39,294 nucleotides of DNA. Origin: an uncultured bacterium. GTDB taxonomy: Bacteria; Fidelibacterota; Marinisomatia; SCGC-AAA003-L08; D37C17. Shown piece by piece: positions 17,035 to 26,295 of the stretch. Under the pieces are notes generated by a model. The model ran no database searches and had not been told where the DNA came from. It saw only the letters and a list, made by a program, of their open reading frames with translations. The stretch covers positions 1-39,294 of the forward strand of contig CAZYFB010000002.1 in assembly GCA_964646655.1 (NCBI GenBank), in the 5' to 3' direction. The translations under genes were made by a program, and so were the position numbers. Position 1 is the first letter of the stretch. Every line of letters begins with the position of its first letter.

Positions 17035-20000
17035 ATGCTTTTTTTTACTAAACTTTTAATTTTTACTTCATTAATATTTTCTTCAAATATTTTTAATAAC
17101 TCAATGTTTCAAATTTATAAAGTTGACAATAAATCAACGGAAATCCTTTTTAATACTCCAGAAATTTCAATTACTAAAGATATTCATGGTTATTTAAAGT
17201 TTGAAAATAGTGAATTAGTAGGTTTAAGTGATCAAAATGAAGAATTTTCTTTCCCAGTTTTTTCATCCGCTTTTCAGATGAATCCAGGTTTTGATTATGA
17301 AATTGATTTTGAGGTTATTAATTCATACTTCATAGAAAATGTTAATCTTAAAAGTTTAAACGACAATAGTTATGATTTTTTACCTCAACAAAATATAAAT
17401 TTATCAGAACCTCAAATCATGAGAGGGTTAGTTTTAGGTCAAATTTCATTTACTCCCTATAAATATGATATTGATGAAAAAAGGTTAGAAGTATATGATG
17501 CTGTTCAAATAATTGTCACAGAAACAAATCAAATTAATTATGACTATTTCATTCCTGAAAAAAAATCTTATGTTTTTGATGAGTTATATAAAAATTTTGT
17601 GATTAATTTTTCCACTTCAGATAGATCTGATGATTATCAAACTCCATCAATATTATATATTTGTGGAGGTAGCTCAATAAATAATGCTTATTTTCAAGAT
17701 TTAGTTAATTGGAGACATAAACAAGGATATATAGTTACTGTAGTATCAACTAATGAAACAGGAAGTAGTGAAAATAATATTAATAACTATATTGCAAACG
17801 CATATCAAAATTGGGAAAATCCTCCTGAAATAGTTGGCTTAGTTGGCGATGTAGGTGGTTCATACAATATTGATTGCGATAGTTATGAATGGGGTGGTTA
17901 TTATGGTGCAAGTGATGTGAGGTATACATATATAGAAGGTGATGATTTATTGCCAGAAGTTATTATTGGTAGAATTTCTGCTAATGGTACTAGTGACCTT
18001 TATAATTTAGTAAACAAAACATTGGAATATGAAAAAGCTCAAGAACAAACAGATTTAAGTTGGTATGATAGAGCTGGATTAGTTGGTGATCCAACAACAT
18101 CAGGTTTATCATGTGCTATTACTAATCAATATATTGATCAAGTAATGGAAATTCATGGTTTTGATGACGTTGATATAGATATAAATGGTGGTGGAAATCA
18201 ATTGAATGAATTTTTAATTGATCAATTCAACAGAGGTATAATGTACTATAATTATAGAGGTTTTTACTATGGTGAAGGAAGCTATCCTCCAAGTTCAAAT
18301 GATTTAAATAATGGATACTATACCCCTTTTGTTTCTACAATAACCTGTGGAACTGGTGATTTTAATGGTACATCGTCTAGTGAAGGTTTCGTAAGGATGG
18401 GTTCTGTAAATGATCCTAAAGGAGCAGTTGCTGCAGTAGGGACATCTACTACTGGAACTCATACTGCCTACAATAATATTGTAAATATGGGTTTATATGA
18501 GGGTTTATTTTCAAATGGAATTTCTTTAGCTGGGTCAGCTGTGACAAATGGAAGGTTGGCTTTATATAAAACTTATCCATCAAATCCAGGTGATTGTGTT
18601 GGTGCTTTTGCCGCATGGACTAACTTAATAGGAGACCCTGCATTACATTTATGGACTGATGAACCTAGAGATTTTTCTATTGAATACCCCTCATCAATAG
18701 TTCTTGGAACAAATTATTTGGATTTAACAGTTCTTGATTCAAATGGCAATCCTATTAAAGATGCTAGGGTAACACTATTGATGAAAGATAATGGAGAATC
18801 AGAAGATGAAAGCAATACATTTACAGGGCAATATTACTCTAGTCCAGGAACAGGTGGATCACCAAGTTTTGGAGATTTAGTTTTAACCAGAGAAGATGAT
18901 GTTATTAATTTTGATTGGGGTAATGGAAGTCCTGACAACTCCATGCCTGATGATGATTATCAAATTAGATGGTCAACAACTTTAGAAGCTGAAACTGCAG
19001 GTACTTATAGTTTTAGAACTTATACTGATGATGGGTTGAGACTGTTTATAAACGATCAGATGGTAATAGATAATTGGATTGATCAAGCTCCAGCAAATAG
19101 AACTGGCAGTATATACTTAGATGAAGGTACTCATGATTGTGTGATGGAATATTATGAAAATGGTGGTGGAGCTGTTGCAAGTTTATTTTGGACACCACCC
19201 GGTCAAGCTGAATCATTGGTTCATGGAGATCAAGATCAAGATGTAATCGGAGATGCAATTTTCCTAACAAAATTAACTGATTCTAATGGTAAAATAGATT
19301 TTTCATGGGATGAATATCAAGAGGGAGATTTATATTTAACAGTTACAAAAAGAAATTATAGACCTTTAGAAGGTGTTATTCAAGTTAACTCAAGTGATGG
19401 TTATGCTATTGTTCCAGATTATGCAACCTTAGAAAATTACATTACTGATTTAAATGGTAATGATGATGGTAGTATAAATCCTGGTGAAACAATATCCTTT
19501 AATATTCCAATTTCAAATTTTGGTGACCAAAATATAAATAGCTTGGATGCCACTTTATCAAGCTCTTCTGATTATATAAATTTAATTGATGCAGAATCTG
19601 AATATATTAATCTAAACACTAATGAAATTGGAATTGGAGATGGTTTTATTTTTCAGCTTTCAAGTGATGCGGTTTTTGGAGATGATATAGAATTAATATT
19701 AAATATTGAAGCAGTTGATAATCAGTGGATATTTTATATTCCCATAAATATAAATTCACCTAAAATAAATATTTTAGACTATGTTATAATAAGTGGAGAA
19801 GATGAACCTGGCTCATCTGTAGTAGTATCATTAAATGTAGTCAATGATGGAAATTTACCGATCGAAAATTTAAATGTTAATGTAATATCACCAACAAATC
19901 AAATTCAAGTAATTGATGAAAACATTAATTTTGGTAATATTTTAAATGGTCAAGAGCTTTCTAGTAATTTAATTGGTGATAATATCACATTAAATTACAG

Positions 20001-21018
20001 TGAATCTATTTTTAAGGGTTCAGTTTTTCCAATGCAGTTAAATTTTACAAATAGTGAAGATTACAATAGAATAGAAACATTAAATTTAACTGTTGGAGAG
20101 ATTGATAGGTTTTCACCTGTGGGTCCTGATCTTCATGGTTATTACATATATGATATGGGTGATACTAATTATAATCTATCTCCAACATTTGATTGGATTG
20201 AAATAGATACACAATATGGTGGAGATGGAATTGATCTAAATATGAGTGATTCTGGAAATGGTAATGGTGCAGCTAATAGCACTAAAGCAATTGACTTACC
20301 ATTCACTTTTAATTTTTATGGACAGCCATATGATGTTGTTTCAGTCAGTACAAATGGATGGATTGCACTTGGCAGAACTAATCTTTTATCCTTCAGAAAT
20401 TATCCAATTCCAGGAGCTGGTGGTCCATCTCCAATGATAGCTGCTTTCTGGGATGATATGAAAACTACAAATGGTGGAGATGTGTTTTATAAAATAGTTG
20501 ATAATGGAGTAAATAACCCATCTATTATCATTCAGTGGTCAGATATGAGAACATATGACAATTCATCTGAAGAAGACTTTCAAGTAATTTTAACCCCAAA
20601 TTCTGAATCTGAAACAGGAGACGGAGATATAAAAATTCAATACAAAACTTTTAATAATACTTCAGACGGCTATTATCCTGAGGGCGGTACCCCAACTCAT
20701 GGTAGTTATGCTACTATTGGAATTGAAAATATGTATGGCAATGAAGGTCTTCAATATACATTTAATAATGAATATGCACCTGGCGCATCACCATTATTTA
20801 ATAATCGAGCAATATTAATAACAACAGAATTACCTAAATTTGGATCATTAGGTGACATTAATGAGGATGAATTAGTTAATGTTTTGGATATTGTATTGCT
20901 AGTAAATTTAGTTTTATCAGGAACTTATAATGAAAATGCAGATATAAACTCAGATTCAATATTAAATGTTCTTGATATTGTTTCTTTAGTTAATATTATT
21001 TTAGAATCTGGGATTTAA
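17035..21018 (+). CDS. Gingipain-like (peptidase C25 family) multidomain secreted protein: propeptide-like N-domain, C25-like core, PA14 insert, Ig-like domains, NIDO-like 'FxFNFYG...STNGW' module, C-terminal dockerin-type repeats
   Basis: GGGAGA RBS and signal peptide. FTPYKYDIDEKRLEVYD (C25 propeptide-like). C25 core with the Cys motif ITCGTGDF. PA14 string YQIRWSTTLEAETAGTYSFRTYTDDGLRLFINDQMVIDNW...MEYYENGGGAVASLFW. Dockerin repeats GDINEDELVNVLDIVLLVNLVL / ADINSDSILNVLDIVSLVNIIL. Confidence 0.75.
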   Translation: MLFFTKLLIFTSLIFSSNIFNNSMFQIYKVDNKSTEILFNTPEISITKDIHGYLKFENSELVGLSDQNEEFSFPVFSSAFQMNPGFDYEIDFEVINSYFIENVNLKSLNDNSYDFLPQQNINLSEPQIMRGLVLGQISFTPYKYDIDEKRLEVYDAVQIIVTETNQINYDYFIPEKKSYVFDELYKNFVINFSTSDRSDDYQTPSILYICGGSSINNAYFQDLVNWRHKQGYIVTVVSTNETGSSENNINNYIANAYQNWENPPEIVGLVGDVGGSYNIDCDSYEWGGYYGASDVRYTYIEGDDLLPEVIIGRISANGTSDLYNLVNKTLEYEKAQEQTDLSWYDRAGLVGDPTTSGLSCAITNQYIDQVMEIHGFDDVDIDINGGGNQLNEFLIDQFNRGIMYYNYRGFYYGEGSYPPSSNDLNNGYYTPFVSTITCGTGDFNGTSSSEGFVRMGSVNDPKGAVAAVGTSTTGTHTAYNNIVNMGLYEGLFSNGISLAGSAVTNGRLALYKTYPSNPGDCVGAFAAWTNLIGDPALHLWTDEPRDFSIEYPSSIVLGTNYLDLTVLDSNGNPIKDARVTLLMKDNGESEDESNTFTGQYYSSPGTGGSPSFGDLVLTREDDVINFDWGNGSPDNSMPDDDYQIRWSTTLEAETAGTYSFRTYTDDGLRLFINDQMVIDNWIDQAPANRTGSIYLDEGTHDCVMEYYENGGGAVASLFWTPPGQAESLVHGDQDQDVIGDAIFLTKLTDSNGKIDFSWDEYQEGDLYLTVTKRNYRPLEGVIQVNSSDGYAIVPDYATLENYITDLNGNDDGSINPGETISFNIPISNFGDQNINSLDATLSSSSDYINLIDAESEYINLNTNEIGIGDGFIFQLSSDAVFGDDIELILNIEAVDNQWIFYIPININSPKINILDYVIISGEDEPGSSVVVSLNVVNDGNLPIENLNVNVISPTNQIQVIDENINFGNILNGQELSSNLIGDNITLNYSESIFKGSVFPMQLNFTNSEDYNRIETLNLTVGEIDRFSPVGPDLHGYYIYDMGDTNYNLSPTFDWIEIDTQYGGDGIDLNMSDSGNGNGAANSTKAIDLPFTFNFYGQPYDVVSVSTNGWIALGRTNLLSFRNYPIPGAGGPSPMIAAFWDDMKTTNGGDVFYKIVDNGVNNPSIIIQWSDMRTYDNSSEEDFQVILTPNSESETGDGDIKIQYKTFNNTSDGYYPEGGTPTHGSYATIGIENMYGNEGLQYTFNNEYAPGASPLFNNRAILITTELPKFGSLGDINEDELVNVLDIVLLVNLVLSGTYNENADINSDSILNVLDIVSLVNIILESGI
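18784..19248 (+). other. 155-codon insert (PA14 domain core about 18820..19203) present in paralog 1 and absent from paralog 2
   Basis: Paralog 1 reads ARVTLLM-[KDNGESEDES...PA14...HGDQDQDVI]-GDAIFLTKLTDSNGKIDFSW. Paralog 2 reads ARVTLLM-GDDIIFESNYTDSNGNVSFDW. Confidence 0.75.
20851..21015 (+). other. Dockerin type I-like duplicated Ca-binding repeat (C-terminus of C25-like paralog 1)
   Basis: DINEDELVNVLDIVLLVNLVL ... DINSDSILNVLDIVSLVNIIL (DxNxDxxxNxxD followed by a helix, twice). Confidence 0.65.
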
Positions 21019-21104
21019 TTTACATTTTGAAACAAAATTTAATGCTGAATTTAAGTCTATAATTGTTATAATACATTTCGTAAAATATAGTTTATGCTAT
21101 TAAC

Positions 21105-24100
21105 ATGAAAGGTGTTTTAATGTTTAAAAATAAAATCATAATTTTATTCATACTAACTTTTACTTTAGGTTCTGAAAAATTATCTAAAATTAATAATTTT
21201 ACAATTTTAAATCATGAACAAGGTTTTACTTCAATTTTATTTGAAGCAAATGAAATAGAAATTAAATCTGAAGATGGAAAATCAAAATTTACTACAAATG
21301 ATTTAATAGGCTTAACAATGGAAGAAGGAAGGCCTCAGCTTCCTATTTATTCAACTCTATTTCAGGTTGATCCAAGTAAAAACTATGAATTCAATATTGA
21401 GATTTTAGAATCTTATACTATTGATAATATAGAATTTGAGAATTATAAAACAGATAGTGATATAAATTATACAGTTTATCCTGAGGAAAATTTATATGTA
21501 TCTGAAACACAAATTTGGCGAGATGTTGTATTAAATCAATTAGGTATTACTCCATACAAATATCATTCTGAATCAAAAAGTTTAGAAGTTTTCAAATCAA
21601 TAAAAATCAATATCAATGAAACTGGATTAAATAATAATCAATTTAATTTACCTTCAAAAAAATCAAGAGTATTTGAAGAATTTTATCAAACTGAAATTAT
21701 TAATTACCAACGTACTACAAGGTCTGAAGATTATCAAACACCTTCAATATTATATATTTGTGGTGGCTCATCATGTAATAATGGGTACTTTCAAGATTTA
21801 GTTGAATGGAGGCATAAGCAAGGTTATGAAGTTACTGTTGTTCCAACTTCTGAATCAGGTTCTAGTGAAAATGCTATTAATAATTTTATTAGTAATGCAT
21901 ACTATTTATGGGATAATCCTCCTGAAATTGTAGGTTTAGTTGGTGATGTAGGAGGATCATATAATATTGCTTGTGATTATTATGAGTGGGGTAGTGGATG
22001 GAATACTTATGAAGGTGCTAGTGACGTTAGGTATACTTATATAGATGGTGATGATTTTTTACCAGAGATTGTTATTGGAAGAATTTCAGCTGATAGTAGC
22101 AGTGATTTAAATAATATAATTAATAAAACTATTCAATATGAAAAAGCTACTTTACAAACAGATAGAGGGTGGTTTGATAGATCTGGTTTAATTGGTGATC
22201 CTACCCAATCTGGACTTTCATGTGCAATTACTAGCGAATGGATTAGAGAGCTTATGAATATTCATGGTCATAATGATGTTGATGCTGATTTGAATGGTGG
22301 TAGTGATAGTCAATTAGAAGATTATTTAGAAGATCAATTTAATCGAGGTATTATGTATTATAATTACAGAGGTATATATGGAAGTGGTGGTGCTTACATG
22401 CCAAGTAATGGTAATAATTTATCAAATGGATATTATACACCTTTTGCAACAGTCTTAACTTGTGGTACAGGTGATTTCAATTATGATGATGATAGCGAAG
22501 ATTTTATAAGAGTTGGATCATCAAGTAACCCAAAAGGTGCTGTTGGTTGCATTGGAATATCCACTACAGGAACACATACAGCATATAATAATATTTTAAA
22601 CATGGGTATTTATGAGGGTATTTATTCTAATGCAGTTTCATATGCTGGTAGTGCAACTACTAGTGGTAGATTAGCAATTTATAGAACTTATCCCTCAAAT
22701 CCAGGTGATTGCGTTGGTGCATTTAGTGCTTGGACAAATTTAATGGGAGATCCAGCATTACACTTATGGACTGATACACCAAAAGATTTCATTGTTGAGG
22801 GATTATCTACTCAAATGCAATTAGGGTCAAATCATTTGAATCTAACCATTTTAAATGAAGAAGGTGAATTAGTAGAAGATGCAAGGGTTACTCTTCTAAT
22901 GGGAGATGATATTATTTTTGAATCAAATTATACTGACAGCAATGGAAATGTATCTTTTGATTGGGATAATAATAATCAAACTGGCACTTTATTTGTAACA
23001 GTTACTAAGCAAAACTATAGACCTTCTGAAAATTCATTAAATATTGTTGGTGATTATGCAATTAATTATAGTATAAACGAATCATTAAATGCTAATTCAG
23101 GTTCAACTTTTAATTTACCTCAAATCTATTTACAGTCTATTGGTTCTGAATCAATTACTGAGATTACTGGAATATTGCAATCTTCTAGTGATCATATTAC
23201 AATTAATAATGCCGTCTCTAGTTGGGTGCTGTCTGGAGATAATGAATGGGCTCAAAATAATGAATATTTTAATGTATCATTGTCAGATGATGCAGTTTTT
23301 GGTGATGAAGTAAATTTTGTGTTAAATCTTTCAGATGGAAATAATCATAATTGGGAAATTTATTTACCATTAAGTATAAATTCTCCAAAAATTATTGTAA
23401 ATGATTTTTTAGCAACTGATTTTCCCGAACCAGGTCAAGCAACAGATGTATTTTTACAAGTTCAAAATGATGGTAATTTATTATCTTTAGGTACTACAGC
23501 AAGTATAATTTCAAATACAAATTTAATAAATATAGAAAATGATTTTGTTTCATTTGGTGATTTGGATGTTGGGCAAGTAGGAATAGCTGATATAACTCCT
23601 ACACTTATTTTTAGCCCAAACATTTTAAATGGTTCAGTTTTACCTATAGAAATTAAGTTTTCAGATCAAAATAATTATTCACGAAGTAATTTTGTTAATT
23701 TAACTGTAGGTACAGTTCAAAATACTGATCCACTAGGACCAAATGCTTATGGATATTATATCTATGATTCAGCTGATATTGAATATGAATTTGCTCCTAT
23801 TTATGAATGGATAGAAATTGATACAAATTATGGTGGCACTGGTCAAGATTTAAATTTAACAGATGGAGGTGATGGTAATAATGCTACAAATAGTACAGGT
23901 TATGTTCCTCTTCCATTTGATTTTAATTTTTATGGTGAAACATTTAGTGAGATTACTGTAAGCACTAATGGTTGGATTGTGCTTGGCAGGACAGACGTAT
24001 TATCATTTAGAAATTATCCTATTCCTGGTGCAGGAGGTCCTTCTCCAATGATTGCTGTTTTTTGGGATGATATGAAAACTAGTCAAGGTGGAGATGTATT

Positions 24101-24635
24101 TTATAAATCTTTCCCAGAAGGGTGTCAAGGTAATAGTTGTGAGTATCTTGTTGTTGAATGGTCTGATATGAGAACTCAAGATAACAATTCTGATGAAGAT
24201 TTCCAGATAATCTTATACAATGGTAATGATACTCCAACTGGTGATAGTGAATTTAAAATGCAGTATAAAACATTTAATAATACATCAAATGGTTATTATC
24301 CAGAAGGGGACAGACCTGATCATGGTTGCTATGTTACAATTGGTATAGAAAATAAATTTGGTAACGAAGGTTTGCAGTATACATTTAATAATGAATATCC
24401 ACCAGGTGCCACTAGACTAGCAGATGGTTCAGCTCTATTTGTGACGACACAATCACCATTTGTATTTTATGGAGATGTTAATAGTGATGATCTTTTAAAT
24501 GTATTAGATGTAGTTTTATTGCTTTCAATGATATTAGATCAGGTAGAGTCTGATTTTATTGGCGATATGAATCAGGATGGTGTTTTAAATATATTAGATG
24601 TTGTAATTCTTGTAAGTAATATTCTTGATAATTAA
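21105..24635 (+). CDS. Gingipain-like (C25 family) multidomain secreted protein; tandem paralog of 17035..21018 without the PA14 insert; C-terminal dockerin-type repeats
   Basis: Long collinear identity blocks with paralog 1 (DYQTPSILYICGGSS, WRHKQGY.VTVV, NPPEIVGLVGDVGGSYNI, YPSNPGDCVGAF.AWTNL.GDPALHLWTD, NYPIPGAGGPSPMIA.FWDDMKT). An alternative start ATG at 21120 is preceded by AGGTG. Confidence 0.75.
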   Translation: MKGVLMFKNKIIILFILTFTLGSEKLSKINNFTILNHEQGFTSILFEANEIEIKSEDGKSKFTTNDLIGLTMEEGRPQLPIYSTLFQVDPSKNYEFNIEILESYTIDNIEFENYKTDSDINYTVYPEENLYVSETQIWRDVVLNQLGITPYKYHSESKSLEVFKSIKININETGLNNNQFNLPSKKSRVFEEFYQTEIINYQRTTRSEDYQTPSILYICGGSSCNNGYFQDLVEWRHKQGYEVTVVPTSESGSSENAINNFISNAYYLWDNPPEIVGLVGDVGGSYNIACDYYEWGSGWNTYEGASDVRYTYIDGDDFLPEIVIGRISADSSSDLNNIINKTIQYEKATLQTDRGWFDRSGLIGDPTQSGLSCAITSEWIRELMNIHGHNDVDADLNGGSDSQLEDYLEDQFNRGIMYYNYRGIYGSGGAYMPSNGNNLSNGYYTPFATVLTCGTGDFNYDDDSEDFIRVGSSSNPKGAVGCIGISTTGTHTAYNNILNMGIYEGIYSNAVSYAGSATTSGRLAIYRTYPSNPGDCVGAFSAWTNLMGDPALHLWTDTPKDFIVEGLSTQMQLGSNHLNLTILNEEGELVEDARVTLLMGDDIIFESNYTDSNGNVSFDWDNNNQTGTLFVTVTKQNYRPSENSLNIVGDYAINYSINESLNANSGSTFNLPQIYLQSIGSESITEITGILQSSSDHITINNAVSSWVLSGDNEWAQNNEYFNVSLSDDAVFGDEVNFVLNLSDGNNHNWEIYLPLSINSPKIIVNDFLATDFPEPGQATDVFLQVQNDGNLLSLGTTASIISNTNLINIENDFVSFGDLDVGQVGIADITPTLIFSPNILNGSVLPIEIKFSDQNNYSRSNFVNLTVGTVQNTDPLGPNAYGYYIYDSADIEYEFAPIYEWIEIDTNYGGTGQDLNLTDGGDGNNATNSTGYVPLPFDFNFYGETFSEITVSTNGWIVLGRTDVLSFRNYPIPGAGGPSPMIAVFWDDMKTSQGGDVFYKSFPEGCQGNSCEYLVVEWSDMRTQDNNSDEDFQIILYNGNDTPTGDSEFKMQYKTFNNTSNGYYPEGDRPDHGCYVTIGIENKFGNEGLQYTFNNEYPPGATRLADGSALFVTTQSPFVFYGDVNSDDLLNVLDVVLLLSMILDQVESDFIGDMNQDGVLNILDVVILVSNILDN
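24471..24632 (+). other. Dockerin type I-like duplicated repeat (C-terminus of paralog 2)
   Basis: GDVNSDDLLNVLDVVLLLSMIL ... GDMNQDGVLNILDVVILVSNIL. Confidence 0.65.
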
Positions 24636-24668
24636 GTTCTAATAAATTTTATAAGGTAACATTAAGTA

Positions 24669-25832
24669 ATGGTACTAATTTTATCAATATTAGTGATAGT
24701 TATATTAGTTTTTGGCCTTATTGAATTTAAAATTCATAAAAACAGTTTATCTAAAATTCCAATTAGAATTCATGTTAATGGTTCTAGAGGCAAATCTAGT
24801 GTTGTTCGTTTAATTGCTGCAGGATTACGAGCAGGAGGAATTAAGGTTGTTGCCAAAACAACAGGAACATCTCCAAGAATAATTGATGAGTTTGGTAATG
24901 ATAAATATATTCATAGATTAAGATCAGCTTCCATTGGGGAGCAGATATCATTGATAAGACGATTTTCTAAAATAAAACCAGATGCATTAGTTATTGAATG
25001 TATGGCTGTTAACCCCCAATATCAATGGATTTCAGAGCATAAAATTGTAAAGTCAACCATTGGTGTTATGACAAATGTAAGGCCTGATCATCTAGATGAG
25101 ATGGGAATATCAATTAATCAAATAACAAAATCTATGGGTAATACTATACCATTTAATGGCACTTTAGTTACAGCTGAAGATAAGCAGGTTAATTTATTAG
25201 AGTCTATTTCTAAAAACAGAAAGTCTGAATTTTATTCAACTTCTGAAAATGATATTAAAAATGAGCATATATCAAATTTTGAGTATCTGGAGCATAAAGA
25301 AAATATTAGTTTAGCTATAAAGGTTTGTGAGTTATGTGGTATTAGTAAAGATCTTGCATTAAAAGAAATGAGTAAATGTACACCAGACCCTGGAGCATTG
25401 ACTATGTGGAAAATTCAATATAAAAGCAATAGTTTTGAATTTATTAATGCTTTTGCTGCTAATGATCCAGCTTCTACACTAAAAACATGGGAATTAATTA
25501 ATGATAGACTAAATAGGGAAAAATTTGCTATTTTTTTAAATACTAGATTAGATAGGCAGTATAGAACTGTTCAATTGATTGATTTAATTTTTAAAAAATT
25601 AAGACCTGAAGTACTAGTATTAAGAGGTGAAAATTTTCCTTCTGAGCTAAATGATCTATCTTCTAAAAATAAAAATATTAAAATTTATAAATTTCCCTAT
25701 TCTATTAAACAGTTAGATTTGATTAAATTCTTTGATGAATCATTATCTGATTTTGTAGTTTTAGGAATTGGTAACATTGTAGGGTGGGGTGAAATATTAA
25801 TGAAAAAAATGAAGGAATATAAAGTTGATTGA
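24669..25832 (+). CDS. pgsB: Poly-gamma-glutamate synthetase, ATP-dependent amide ligase subunit PgsB/CapB (Mur-ligase-like)
   Basis: N-terminal TM followed by the P-loop HVNGSRGKSSVVRLIAAGL. Further matches ...KTTGTSPRII..., ECMAVNPQYQW and VMTNVRPDHLDEMG. About 390 aa, followed by a pgsC-like gene. Confidence 0.8.
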   Translation: MVLILSILVIVILVFGLIEFKIHKNSLSKIPIRIHVNGSRGKSSVVRLIAAGLRAGGIKVVAKTTGTSPRIIDEFGNDKYIHRLRSASIGEQISLIRRFSKIKPDALVIECMAVNPQYQWISEHKIVKSTIGVMTNVRPDHLDEMGISINQITKSMGNTIPFNGTLVTAEDKQVNLLESISKNRKSEFYSTSENDIKNEHISNFEYLEHKENISLAIKVCELCGISKDLALKEMSKCTPDPGALTMWKIQYKSNSFEFINAFAANDPASTLKTWELINDRLNREKFAIFLNTRLDRQYRTVQLIDLIFKKLRPEVLVLRGENFPSELNDLSSKNKNIKIYKFPYSIKQLDLIKFFDESLSDFVVLGIGNIVGWGEILMKKMKEYKVD

Positions 25833-26295
25833 AAACGCACAATTTATAGGGATAGCAATAGGAATTGGTATGTGCCTAAGTTTGTTTTTGACTGAAACTT
25901 TAGGAGTTACAGCTGGTGGTGTAATTGTTCCAGGATATATTGCTCTTTACTTGCATGAGCCTTTTAAAATTGTTATCACATTTTCAATAGCAATCTTAGT
26001 TGTAATTATAATAAAAATTCTATCAAATTTTATATTTGTATACGGTAAAAGAAGGTTAGTGCTTAGCTTAATGTTAGGTTTTATATTTGGTTATATTTCA
26101 AAAATATACTTTAATCCAGAAATTTATACCTTTATGAGTTATGATATTTCATCTATTGGTAATATCATCCCCGGATTAATTGCAAGTTGGATGGATAGGC
26201 AGGGTGTATCAAAAACAATTAGTGTAATCCTTATAATTGCAATTTCAACTAGACTTATTATGATTATTATTAGCGGAGGTACTTTTTATGTTTAG
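25825..26295 (+). CDS. pgsC: Poly-gamma-glutamate synthetase membrane subunit PgsC/CapC
   Basis: About 150 aa, four TM segments. LTETLGVTAGGVIVPGYIALYL matches the PgsC N-terminal signature (..AEKTGIVPAGLVVPGYLGLVF in Bacillus). The TTG start overlaps the pgsB stop by 8 nt. Confidence 0.75.
   Translation: MIENAQFIGIAIGIGMCLSLFLTETLGVTAGGVIVPGYIALYLHEPFKIVITFSIAILVVIIIKILSNFIFVYGKRRLVLSLMLGFIFGYISKIYFNPEIYTFMSYDISSIGNIIPGLIASWMDRQGVSKTISVILIIAISTRLIMIIISGGTFYV

Noticed and set aside
21024-21038. Hairpin ATTTTG-AAA-CAAAAT after C25-like paralog 1, as an intrinsic terminator
   Set aside because: It has a 6-bp all-weak stem, a 3-nt loop and no proper U-tract, so it is energetically negligible.
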